Assembly: GCA_963716725.1 (NCBI GenBank)
Contig: CAVQUB010000015.1
Span: 448,001-512,000, forward strand
DNA from: an uncultured delta proteobacterium
GTDB taxonomy: Bacteria > Myxococcota_A > Polyangia > Polyangiales > Polyangiaceae
DNA length: 64,000 bases
Direction of reading: 5' to 3'
Shown: one piece after another, positions 9,863 through 23,996 of the stretch
Numbering within the stretch: position 1 is the first letter of the stretch
Layout: the number at the start of each line of letters is the position of its first letter
Made by a program: the position numbers and the translations under genes
The notes under the pieces: model-generated
Told to the model about the DNA's origin: nothing
Seen by the model: only the letters and a program-made list of their open reading frames with translations
Databases searched by the model: none

Positions 9863-13657
<3,795 letters not shown>

Positions 13658-13698
13658 GCGCGCCCAGGATAGCGCGGTGGGGGGCCGAGGCGGGGGAT

Positions 13699-14865
13699 CT
13701 AGTCGCGCATTGCGTCGATGGGCGACACGGAAGCGGCTCGCAGTGCCGGAAAGAAGCCGCCGACCACCCCCATGACGCCGCCAAAGACCAAGCTGGCCCC
13801 GATGATCTGGGGCGTGGGCGTGAATCGAAACACGATCTCGCTCCAAGTCGCGAAGTTCATCATCGAGAAGCTGACGAACCCCATGGCCAGCGAGGCGACC
13901 GCGCCCACCGCGCCTCCGATGCCCGCGATCAGCAGCGATTCGAACAAGAAGCTCATCACGATGTTCAGCCGCGAGAAGCCGAGCGCCCGGAGCACGCCCA
14001 CTTCGCGCCTGCGGTTGGCTACGGCGGCGTACATGGTGATCATCGCTCCGATCATCGCGCCCACGCTGAAGAACACCGCGATGAGCACGCCCATTGCCGT
14101 GATGAAGAGCGTCGTGCCTTCGCTCTGCTTCTCGTAGAACTCGCGCTCGGGCATGGCGTCGAGCCCCAGGCGCTTGTCGCTCTCGATGGCCGCCTCGAAG
14201 CCCTCGAAACGGCTCGGTGAATCGAGTCGGACGCGGACGCTCGAGACGACGCCGCGGCGCCCGAAGGCCTCGCGCAGGATCTCGAGATCTGCCCAAACCT
14301 CGCTCTCGAAGGAGGTGCCTCCAGCCTCGAACACACCCACCACCTTGACCGGGCGATTCTTCCGGAGCTCGAAGGAGTCACCGAGACGCAAGTTCTTGAA
14401 GCGCCCGCTGATGGCTCGTCCGACCATCACCTCGTCGGTGCCCGGCTTGAGCGGGCGCCCCTCGATCACGCGTACGTCGGGGCGGAAGTCCGTCACGTCG
14501 CTCGGAACGCCGCGGAGTTGCACGTTGGTGCGCCCCTTGCCGTCGGAAGTCTCCATGAAAGCGACGACCATCAGCTCGCCGACCGCCATCGGGGTACCAT
14601 CGCTCTTGGCCTTCACCCCTGGCGCGCTCCGCACGATGCTCACGGTCGGATCGTCGATGGTGCTCGAGAGCTCGGCGTTGTTGCCCTTGCGGAGCACGAT
14701 GGCGGTGTCGGCGCGCCCCGAGCTGGCCAGCGTGCGTCGCAGGCCCTCCGAGAGCATGAGCGACGAGGCCAGCACGAACACCACCAGCGCGATGCCGCCC
14801 GCGGACGCCACCGTGGTGGCCTTGCGCACCGCGAGGTTTCGCACGTTGTACGAGACCGGGATCAT
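13699..14865 (-). CDS. ABC transporter permease (MacB/FtsX family)
   Basis: MIPVSYNVRNLAVRK..., RRREVGVLRALGFSR, ALRAASVSPIDAMR. Confidence 0.92.
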   Translation of the reverse strand: MIPVSYNVRNLAVRKATTVASAGGIALVVFVLASSLMLSEGLRRTLASSGRADTAIVLRKGNNAELSSTIDDPTVSIVRSAPGVKAKSDGTPMAVGELMVVAFMETSDGKGRTNVQLRGVPSDVTDFRPDVRVIEGRPLKPGTDEVMVGRAISGRFKNLRLGDSFELRKNRPVKVVGVFEAGGTSFESEVWADLEILREAFGRRGVVSSVRVRLDSPSRFEGFEAAIESDKRLGLDAMPEREFYEKQSEGTTLFITAMGVLIAVFFSVGAMIGAMITMYAAVANRRREVGVLRALGFSRLNIVMSFLFESLLIAGIGGAVGAVASLAMGFVSFSMMNFATWSEIVFRFTPTPQIIGASLVFGGVMGVVGGFFPALRAASVSPIDAMRD

Positions 14866-16028
14866 CCAAGCCTCCTGAGTGCTTCGACCGCGTCGAGCTT
14901 GGAGGCGCGCCAAGCCGGGATCAGCGCGGCGACCAAGCCGAGCACGATGGCGATGACGACCGCGCTTGCGGCGACCGTGACCGGGATACGGAAGTAGGGG
15001 AACCAAGAGCCCATGTTCTCTTCGAGCCAACGCCCCATGGCCTGCTGCACGATCGGGTAGCTGAGCGCGATGCCGGCCAGCCCGCCGAGCAGCCCTACCG
15101 CCACGCTCTCGCCGATCACGAAGCTGACGATGTGTCCCGGTCGAAACCCGAGCGCCAGCAAGACGCCGTACTCGCGTGTGCGCTCGCGAACGCCCATGGC
15201 GATGGTGTTGCCCAAGATCAGCATCATGATCGCCAAGATCACGATGCTGACCACGTTCAGCGCGCCCAGGATGGCCGAAGCGGCTCCAATGAACTGCGCG
15301 TTGAGCGCCCGCTCGCTCATGGTCTGGGTCTGGACGTCGCGTTCGTCGAAGGCTTTGTCGATGGCCGTGCCGATGGCGCCGCCTCGCGACACACTGTCGA
15401 TGGTGCTGGCGATCCAGCCGATCTGATCTTTGCGTCCCTGTGGCAGCGACTCGTTCATGTAGTCCCAGTGGAACAAGAACTGCGATTGATCCACCGAGCG
15501 CCTGGCCGCGCTGTAGACCCCGGAAATGCGGAACTTCCAGTCGCCGGGGTAGATGGTGCCGGTGAGCGTGACTTCGTCCCCGACCTTCCAGCCGAACTGC
15601 TTGGCGAGCGAGGAGCCGATGATGGCGCCTTGGCGGTCCTGCTTCCACGCCGAGAGCTGTTCCGGCGGCACCAGCATGTCGTCGTAGACGTCGAAGAAGG
15701 TCTGCGGATCGACGGCCATGTTGGCGAAGAACTCCCGATCACGCGTCGGGTGCTTGGCGCCGAACCAGTTGAGATAGGTCGCCTTCTTGACGCCGGGAAC
15801 CTGGCGTACCTCTTCGAAGTAGCGTTTCGGCAGCGGCATCACGAAGGTCACCTTGTGCCAGGTGGCCAGGCGATCCTGAGCCGCGTGTTCGGCGCCCGTG
15901 TTCCAAGCATCGAGCACGGTTCGAAGCAGCACGAAGGACACGATGGCGACTGCAACGCCGAGCACGGTCAGGGCCGTGCGCAGCCGGTTTCGGCGGATGT
16001 TCTTCAGCGCCAACGTGCCCAGATTCAT
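14862..16028 (-). CDS. ABC transporter permease (MacB/FtsX family)
   Basis: KNIRRNRLRTALT, ERTREYGVLLALGF, PAWRASKLDAVEALR. Confidence 0.92.
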   Translation of the reverse strand: MNLGTLALKNIRRNRLRTALTVLGVAVAIVSFVLLRTVLDAWNTGAEHAAQDRLATWHKVTFVMPLPKRYFEEVRQVPGVKKATYLNWFGAKHPTRDREFFANMAVDPQTFFDVYDDMLVPPEQLSAWKQDRQGAIIGSSLAKQFGWKVGDEVTLTGTIYPGDWKFRISGVYSAARRSVDQSQFLFHWDYMNESLPQGRKDQIGWIASTIDSVSRGGAIGTAIDKAFDERDVQTQTMSERALNAQFIGAASAILGALNVVSIVILAIMMLILGNTIAMGVRERTREYGVLLALGFRPGHIVSFVIGESVAVGLLGGLAGIALSYPIVQQAMGRWLEENMGSWFPYFRIPVTVAASAVVIAIVLGLVAALIPAWRASKLDAVEALRRLG

Positions 16029-16705
16029 ACGAGCTGACCTTTGTCGAGCTTGCGAATGATGCTGGCCCGCTCAGCGGCGGCCGGATCGTGCGTGACCATC
16101 AAGATGGTCTTGTCGAATTCCTTGTTGAGCCTGGTCAAGAGCGTGAGAATTTCGTCTGCGCTCTGGCGATCGAGCTCGCCGGTCGGCTCGTCGGCGACCA
16201 AGATGGTGGGGTCGTGCACGATCGCACGAGCGATGCCGACCCGTTGCTCTTGACCGCCCGAGAGCTGGTTCGGGCGATGCCCCATCCGATCTTCGAGCCC
16301 GACGACGCGCAGGGCCGTGGCCGCACGCTTCTTGCGTTCCGGGCCCGGCAGCTTGGTCAGGAGCAGCGGAAGTTCGACGTTCTCGAGGGCCGTCAGCACC
16401 GGGATCAGGTTGAAGTTCTGGAAGATGAAGCCGATGTGCTGGGCGCGCCAGCGCGACAGCGCGGCGTCCCCGAGCTTGGCGATGTCTTTGCCGGCGACCT
16501 CGACGCTGCCCTTGCTGGGGCGATCGAGCCCCGCGATCAGGTTGAGCAGCGTGGTCTTGCCCGAGCCGCTCGGGCCCATCAACGCCTCGAAGGAGCCCTT
16601 GGCGATGTCGAGGTCGAGGTCGTTCAGGACCTCGAGCCGCTCCTTGCCGCGCATGAATGTCTTGTTCACGCCCCGGAGGGCGATCAGCGATTGTTGATCA
16701 CTCAC
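16025..16705 (-). CDS. ABC transporter ATP-binding protein (LolD/MacB-like)
   Basis: GPSGSGKTT, LSGGQEQRV, ADEPTGELD, VTHD. Confidence 0.95.
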   Translation of the reverse strand: MSDQQSLIALRGVNKTFMRGKERLEVLNDLDLDIAKGSFEALMGPSGSGKTTLLNLIAGLDRPSKGSVEVAGKDIAKLGDAALSRWRAQHIGFIFQNFNLIPVLTALENVELPLLLTKLPGPERKKRAATALRVVGLEDRMGHRPNQLSGGQEQRVGIARAIVHDPTILVADEPTGELDRQSADEILTLLTRLNKEFDKTILMVTHDPAAAERASIIRKLDKGQLV

Positions 16706-17925
16706 GGCGTCTCTTTCTCCTTGACGTCTCTCCCGTCGGCGAGGTCGGCCGGAGGATCTTTGACCAGTCGCGTTCCACTCGGAGGGCCGTCGAGCAGCTC
16801 GAAGCCAGTGGCGATGGAAGCGCCGAGGGTGACGGCACGCATACGGACCTTGCCGTCGTCGATCACGAACACGACCTTGGCTCCCGCGCGATCCGTGACG
16901 GCGGCGCCGGGCACCAGGACCTTGGGCGGGTCTTGCATGCTCTTTGCGTCGAGCTTTTCTTCGAGGAAGTTCACCCGGGCGGCCATGTCCGGCAGCACTC
17001 CAGGGATGGCGTCGACGAACTTCACCTTGACCGTGACGGTGGCCTTGGCGCGGTCCACGCGCGGCCCCACCTGCGCGACCTCGCCCCGCAGGCGCTTGCC
17101 GGGAAAGGCGTCGAGCAGGACCTCGGTGGGCGCCCGGGGGCCCAGCAAGTGCACGCGGCCTTCTGGCACGTCGGTCTCGACCATGATCGACTCGAGATCG
17201 ACCAGCTTGGCCAGCGCGCCGGTGAAGGGTCCCACCATGGCGCCGACTCCCACGGGCTTGCCCACGACCGTGCCGCGGATGGGAGCCTTCACGGTCATGT
17301 AGTCGAGCCCCACTTGCACGTTGCGCACCTCGGCCCGGGCGGCCTTGGTCTGCGCGTCGGCGGCTTCGACCACCTTCTGCTGGGCCGCGAGCTGCGCGTC
17401 CAAATCGTCGGCGATGGCCGGCGCAGACACGCCCTCGCTGGCCATCGAGCGTTCGCGCTTGGCCTTGATCTCCAGCGCTGCCAGATCGGCACGAGAAACC
17501 TGAGCGCGGGCCTCCGAGCTGCTGACGACCGATCGGGCCGAGGCGATGGCCGCCTTGCGATCGGAGCTCTCGAGCGTCGCGATGATCTGGCCCACCTCGA
17601 CCAGATCGCCTTCTTTGATCGAAATGGTCTTCACGCGGCCGGCGACGACCGGCCCCACGTCGCTGGAGACCTGCGCCACGACGTAGCCGCTGGAGGTGAG
17701 CGTGACCGACGCTTGGGCGGGCGTGATGGTCGTGATCTCGGTGACGGCGACTTCCGGCTTGAAGAGGCGTGCCTCGACCTGGGGCAACGCGACGAAGTAC
17801 CCCGCGCCCAGGGTTCCCACTGCGACCGCGACCCACACCCCACGCCGGAGCCAGCCGGAACCCGCCGGGACCGCGGCGCGGTCGAGCTTGAGCGACGCGA
17901 GATCGTCCGAGAGGCGGTCCGCCAT
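16702..17925 (-). CDS. Efflux periplasmic adaptor (MacA/HlyD family)
   Basis: N-terminal TM, lipoyl halves (GRVKTISIKEGDLVEVGQ; VKAPIRGTV), coiled-coil hairpin. Confidence 0.92.
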   Translation of the reverse strand: MADRLSDDLASLKLDRAAVPAGSGWLRRGVWVAVAVGTLGAGYFVALPQVEARLFKPEVAVTEITTITPAQASVTLTSSGYVVAQVSSDVGPVVAGRVKTISIKEGDLVEVGQIIATLESSDRKAAIASARSVVSSSEARAQVSRADLAALEIKAKRERSMASEGVSAPAIADDLDAQLAAQQKVVEAADAQTKAARAEVRNVQVGLDYMTVKAPIRGTVVGKPVGVGAMVGPFTGALAKLVDLESIMVETDVPEGRVHLLGPRAPTEVLLDAFPGKRLRGEVAQVGPRVDRAKATVTVKVKFVDAIPGVLPDMAARVNFLEEKLDAKSMQDPPKVLVPGAAVTDRAGAKVVFVIDDGKVRMRAVTLGASIATGFELLDGPPSGTRLVKDPPADLADGRDVKEKETP

Positions 17926-18015
17926 GCCGGCCGTTGCTTAAGGCAGTGGGGGCGCAGATGGAACTGGCCCCGAGCGCCGACGGGCATGGCTGGTCGGAAG
18001 CTCAGAGGTTTGCGG

Positions 18016-18087
18016 TGACCCCAACGAGACTCGAACTCGTGTTACCGGCGTGAGAGGCCGATGTCCTAACCGCTAGACGATGGGGCC
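18016..18087 (-). tRNA. tRNA-Glu(CTC)
   Basis: GGCCCCATCGTCTAGCGGTTAGGACATCGGC-CTCTCAC-GCCGGTAACACGAGTTCGAGTCTCGTTGGGGTCA; CCA not encoded. Confidence 0.95.
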
Positions 18088-18093
18088 GATGGG

Positions 18094-18164
18094 TTGGGGG
18101 ACCAGGATTCGAACCTAGATAACAAGGACCAGAGCCTTGTGTCCTGCCTTTAGACGATCCCCCA
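18094..18164 (-). tRNA. tRNA-Gln(CTG)
   Basis: TGGGGGATCGTCTAAAGGCAGGACACAAGG-CTCTGGT-CCTTGTTATCTAGGTTCGAATCCTGGTCCCCCAA; CCA not encoded. Confidence 0.95.
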
Positions 18165-18353
18165 AGACCTAGCCGGGGAAGGCTACCCCCGCCGTGCCGG
18201 GGTACGGCAGGGTGTAGGGGCCGGCTTCGTAGCGCCACTTTTGGGTTCAAGCAAGACAAACCGCACGCTAGTCCCTTACTTGACCCTTCACGCCGGGGCG
18301 CTGAGCGCCTAGAGATGCCGCGCCGCCCGCCGCGGCCACAAGGAGTCCCCAGC

Positions 18354-20069
<1,716 letters not shown>

Positions 20070-20223
20070 GCGGCGCGCCGCGCACTTCGAGACGCGAGAC
20101 CCACCGACGCGCGAGACCTGCCGACGCGGCAGCAGCGGCGGGCTCGCGTGTTGACGTTCGAAGGCGGAGCCCCCATGAAAGCGCCGCAGCCGATGCCGGA
20201 TCCCCGAATGGTTCAGGGGGGTT

Positions 20224-20253
20224 TTGACCCCCGTGCGCGCGGCGAGATACACT
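20224..20253 (+). promoter_or_regulatory. sigma70-like promoter of the phosphodiesterase gene
   Basis: TTGACC-N18-TACACT, then a GGAG SD before ATG 20276. Confidence 0.55.
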
Positions 20254-20275
20254 CGGCCTTCTGTTTCGGAGCCTC

Positions 20276-21043
20276 ATGGAGCTTCGCGTAGTCGGCTGCC
20301 ACGGCGGGGAAACGCCGAAGCATCGCACCAGCGCCTTCGTTCTGGATGAACGAATGGCGCTCGATGCGGGCTCGCTCACGAGCGGCCTCGATCTCAAGCT
20401 GCAGTTTCGACTGCAAGCGGTGTTGATCAGCCACGCGCACCTGGATCACGTGAGGGATCTGGCAACCATTGCGGACAACCGCTGCCAGGCCGAGTGCGAG
20501 CCGCTGCTGGTGGCGGCCACGCCCTGGACCATCCGGGTGCTGAAGAAGCACTTCTTCAATAACTTGCTGTGGCCGGATTTCCCGGAGATCCCGAACAAAT
20601 CGCGGCCGACCATCCAGTTTGTGCCGCTGATGCCGGAAAAACCGCGCATCATCGCCGGCTATTCCGTGCGCAGCGTGATGGTGAATCACACCATCGAGTC
20701 CGCCGGTTTCATCGTGGAAACGCCTGAAACCGCCATCGCATACAGCGGTGATACGGGACCGACCGACCGCTTCTGGGAGCTCTTGCGCGAGACAGAGAAC
20801 CTGAAGGCGCTACTCATGGAGGTGAGCTTCCCAAATCGGGAGCAGAAGCTAGCCACCGTGAGCGGTCACCACACGCCGCGAACGCTGCACAAGGATCTGA
20901 AGAAGTTCGGGCGCCCCAAGGACTTGCCGACGCTGCTCTACCATATCAAGCCCGTGTTCCAGGGCGAGGTCGAGCAGGAGTGCGCCAGGCTCAAAGGCGT
21001 GAACCTCGGTGTCATGGGCATCGGGGATCACTACGTGCTCTGA
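20276..21043 (+). CDS. 3',5'-cyclic-nucleotide phosphodiesterase (class II, metallo-beta-lactamase fold)
   Basis: [55 protein letters not shown]. Confidence 0.88.
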   Translation: MELRVVGCHGGETPKHRTSAFVLDERMALDAGSLTSGLDLKLQFRLQAVLISHAHLDHVRDLATIADNRCQAECEPLLVAATPWTIRVLKKHFFNNLLWPDFPEIPNKSRPTIQFVPLMPEKPRIIAGYSVRSVMVNHTIESAGFIVETPETAIAYSGDTGPTDRFWELLRETENLKALLMEVSFPNREQKLATVSGHHTPRTLHKDLKKFGRPKDLPTLLYHIKPVFQGEVEQECARLKGVNLGVMGIGDHYVL

Positions 21044-21169
21044 CCGCCGACCAGCGCTCGAGCGATCGGGCTCAGGCACGGGGTCGACCTCCGGGGCCAA
21101 CGCACGGGCACGGGCACGGGGTCGAGGTCTGGGGTCGAGTTGGAGCCGCGCGATTCACCGTTCCTGAAA

Positions 21170-21197
21170 AGTTAACATAATCTATCTTATGCGATCT
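21170..21197 (-). other. dif: dif site (XerC/XerD chromosome dimer resolution site)
   Basis: Minus strand AGATCGCATAA-GATAGA-TTATGTTAACT, an 11-6-11 arrangement versus E. coli GGTGCGCATAA-TGTATA-TTATGTTAAAT; conspicuous AT-rich island between convergent genes. Confidence 0.9.
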
Positions 21198-21245
21198 TTT
21201 AATTGGGGGTCGGGAGGGCCGATCTTGGCCGCAGCTGGAAATCGC

Positions 21246-21289
21246 GCGCAGTTCCAACCGGGCCCCGGCGCAATTCCAACCGGGCCCCG
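21246..21289. repeat. 22-bp tandem duplication GCGCARTTCCAACCGGGCCCCG x2
   Basis: 21246-21267 and 21268-21289 differ by one mismatch. Confidence 0.85.
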
Positions 21290-21328
21290 TGGGCCGCCAA
21301 TGCCACCAATGCCACGAGGTCGCGTGGC

Positions 21329-21423
21329 GCGACGGGTTCAGCGCCCCAGCGGAGTCGCGCGCTGCGACGGGTTCAGCGCCCCAGCGGAGTCGCGCGCTGC
21401 GACGGGTTCAGCGCCCCAGCGGA
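21329..21423. repeat. 35-bp tandem repeat x2.7 containing the stop codon of the bamB-like gene
   Basis: GCGACGGGTTCAGCGCCCCAGCGGAGTCGCGCGCT at 21329 and 21364, partial copy at 21399. Confidence 0.9.
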
Positions 21424-22670
21424 CCGGCGACGTGCAGACTCAGCAGATCGCCGTGGTTGGAGACCACGAACGCGCGGCTGCCGTGAGCCGCCGGCGTGTG
21501 CGACGACCCGTCGACCATGTGGATGCCGTCGATGACGCTGCCGTCCAGCGGCGACAGCAGAAACACGCCCAGCTTGCTGGTGTTGACCAGGAGCGCGCCG
21601 CGGATCGGAACCGGTGCGGAGATGCCGCCGTCCGGCAGCGACCGACGCCACTCGTCACGGCCCGTCTCGGGATCCAGCGCCCACAGTCCGGTGGTCCCGG
21701 TCGCCGCGAGCAGCAGCTTCTTCTCCGGCACTTTTGGGCCACCGTCCCGGGCTGCGTGCGCCGGCTCGGTCCAGAGCGTGAGCTCGCTGACGCCCTCGAC
21801 CGCGGGATTCGACCAAATGGGCGTCCCACTGTCGGCGTCGAGGGCCCAGACGCCTCCCGCGTAGCTGCCGACGTAGACCACGGCGCCCGCTTCGATGGTG
21901 TCGGCGACCGGGGTCGTGTCCACGTCCAGGTAGGTCGGGATCTCTCCCTGACGTTGCTCGGCTTCCGCGGCGAGATCCACGGGTTGCCAGATCTCATCGC
22001 CGGTCTTGGTGTCGAAAGCCGTGACCGTCCCGTCGCTGAAGCCCGCGAAGACCTTGCCGCGCCAGACCAGCGGTCCCGAGTAGCCGGCGACCTCCATGCC
22101 GAGTGCCGGCGTCCGGTGCTGGCTCCAGACCAGCTTGCCGGTCTTGGATTCGAGGGCGACGACCGTGTCGTTGGCGTTGACCGCGTAGATCACGCCGCGA
22201 TCGAGGACCGGGCGGCGGGCAACCTCGGCGTTGGTCGAGAAGCGCCAGAGCAGCTCTCCTGTCGCCGCTTTGACCTTGTAGAGTGCGCCGTCGTTCGAGC
22301 CGAAATACACGACGTCTTCGACAGAGTCGTAGAGCGGCGCGCACTGCACGAATCCCAGAGTCTCGAAGCGCCAGAGCACCTCACCGGTCACGGCGCGAAT
22401 CGCGTACAGCCCGCGATCGCTCGAGCCGACGAAGAGCCGGCGGCCCTTCGGATCGATCTCCGGCTGGCCGCGTTCGTAGGGCTCGCCCACCCGGCGGCTC
22501 TCGGCGACGATCTGCCGCTTGTAGACCAAGCTCAGCGATCCGCTCGGCCGGTACTTCCATAAGGGCAGCTCGGGGTTCGCTCCGGCCCGCAGCGACTCAC
22601 AGCCCGCCACAGCCGTCGCCAGCGTGACCGCGGCCAAGCCTGCGCTGATCGCTTGCCGGAGCAACCTCAC
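21408..22670 (-). CDS. PQQ-like beta-propeller lipoprotein (BamB-like)
   Basis: AVAGC lipobox; repeated A.TGE.LWRF / GKLVW / GDEIW blades; follows a YfgM-like TPR gene. Confidence 0.85.
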   Translation of the reverse strand: MRLLRQAISAGLAAVTLATAVAGCESLRAGANPELPLWKYRPSGSLSLVYKRQIVAESRRVGEPYERGQPEIDPKGRRLFVGSSDRGLYAIRAVTGEVLWRFETLGFVQCAPLYDSVEDVVYFGSNDGALYKVKAATGELLWRFSTNAEVARRPVLDRGVIYAVNANDTVVALESKTGKLVWSQHRTPALGMEVAGYSGPLVWRGKVFAGFSDGTVTAFDTKTGDEIWQPVDLAAEAEQRQGEIPTYLDVDTTPVADTIEAGAVVYVGSYAGGVWALDADSGTPIWSNPAVEGVSELTLWTEPAHAARDGGPKVPEKKLLLAATGTTGLWALDPETGRDEWRRSLPDGGISAPVPIRGALLVNTSKLGVFLLSPLDGSVIDGIHMVDGSSHTPAAHGSRAFVVSNHGDLLSLHVAGPLGR

Positions 22671-23950
22671 GGCGCTCCGCTACCCGGCGGCGCGGGCATC
22701 GGCTCGGGCAGCGGCACCGGCGCACCGCCGGGATCGCCAGTCGGAGGCATGCCGGGCACCTTCATCTTGCCCATGTCCTCCAGCATCTTCTTGAGCTTGG
22801 CCGGATCCTTCAAGATCTGGTCCCGCATCTGGTCCATCTGCTCTGGTGAGTAGCTCGATCCGCCCGCGGGTGCGGTGGAAGGATCGATGATGGCCAACAG
22901 GTCGCGGGAGGCTTTCTCGACATAGCCCTCGGTCATGTAGGGCGACTTCTCTTTGTCGAGCTTCTCTTTGACCTGGGTCAAGAGTTCTTTGGCCTTGGCC
23001 TTGTCGCCGCGTGTGAAGTGCACGCGGGCTTGATGATAGAGCCCCAGCGGCGAAAACCCGGGTTCGTCGGACTTCTCGAGCTCCTGGAAGATCTTGAGCG
23101 CTCCGTCTGCGTCGCTCTTGGCCTCGAGGCAGAGCCCCACGCCCTCGAGGGCGCGCAGCCGGACGTCGGCGTCGTGCTTGGCCAGATCCGAGCCTTGGAC
23201 CTTCTCGTAGAGGCTCTTGGCGTCGTCGTATTTGCCCTGATCGTAGAGCACACCGGCCTGACCGAGCATGCCCAGGATGGCGGCGCCCGATCCCGCCTTC
23301 GCCTTTTGCGTGGCGACGAAGGCCTTTTCGGCCGCCTCGAGCCGAGCCTGGTCAGTGGCAAAGGTCGGTCGCGAGCTGAGGGCGGCTTCGTCGGGCGTCT
23401 CGCTCTCCGTCCCCACTCGCCCCAGCTCTGCCTCCACGCCGGCCATCAGCCCGTCCGCGGTCGCGCCCGCGGATTTCTTCGCGTTCCACGAATAGACCTG
23501 GAAGCCGATCCCGCCGACCACCGCCAGCACGACCAGCCACTGCAGCGCGCTCGAGTGCTTGCGGACGAACTGCGTCGCCGCGTGGGAGCTGCGAGCGAAC
23601 GCGTCGTCCATCATCTCGGAGGCGTCGAGCCCTCGCGCGACGGCTGCGTGGCGTTCACGTTCGCGCTTGCTGCCGCGCTTCTCGGCGCCCTGGGCGCGCA
23701 GGCGCTTGTTGCGATCGCGCACCGCTCCGGTCGCGCTCTTCTCCTCCTGCCGGACGCGCTTCTTCTCGGACTTGCTCAGCTTCTGGGGCGCGTCGTCGTC
23801 CGGAGCCGCCTCGCCGGTCGTCTCGATGACCTCGGTGTCGCGCTCCACGGCCTCGGCGCTCGTGTCGTCCGTTTCGGGTTCTCCCTCGTCGGCCTCGGCG
23901 CGCCGACGCGCCCGCCGTGAGAGCCGTTTTTCGTCGTCTTGCTCAGCCAC
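22667..23950 (-). CDS. Membrane-anchored TPR protein (YfgM-like)
   Basis: Charged N-terminus, single TM (WLVVLAVVGGIGFQVY), TPRs (AGVLYDQGKYDDAKSLYEK); GTG preceded by TGG-TATAGA. Confidence 0.75.
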   Translation of the reverse strand: MAEQDDEKRLSRRARRRAEADEGEPETDDTSAEAVERDTEVIETTGEAAPDDDAPQKLSKSEKKRVRQEEKSATGAVRDRNKRLRAQGAEKRGSKRERERHAAVARGLDASEMMDDAFARSSHAATQFVRKHSSALQWLVVLAVVGGIGFQVYSWNAKKSAGATADGLMAGVEAELGRVGTESETPDEAALSSRPTFATDQARLEAAEKAFVATQKAKAGSGAAILGMLGQAGVLYDQGKYDDAKSLYEKVQGSDLAKHDADVRLRALEGVGLCLEAKSDADGALKIFQELEKSDEPGFSPLGLYHQARVHFTRGDKAKAKELLTQVKEKLDKEKSPYMTEGYVEKASRDLLAIIDPSTAPAGGSSYSPEQMDQMRDQILKDPAKLKKMLEDMGKMKVPGMPPTGDPGGAPVPLPEPMPAPPGSGAP

Positions 23951-23996
23951 CGGCGCCTCTATACCACCCTCGGTGGGTCCCGCGAGGGCTCTTCCT

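Noticed and set aside
13658..14296. N-terminal extension of the 1477-aa kinase ORF
   Set aside because: Overlaps the ABC permease in another frame. The kinase domain starts at about 13657
18016..18164. tRNA genes as an island integration site
   Set aside because: No integrase and no duplicated tRNA 3' end seen in the window
18165..18353. CIRCE/HrcA operator upstream of groEL
   Set aside because: No TTAGCACTC-N9-GAGTGCTAA-like inverted repeat found
21329..21423. 35-bp repeats as a mini CRISPR array
   Set aside because: Units are head-to-tail with no unique spacers, overlap a gene end, and no cas genes are present
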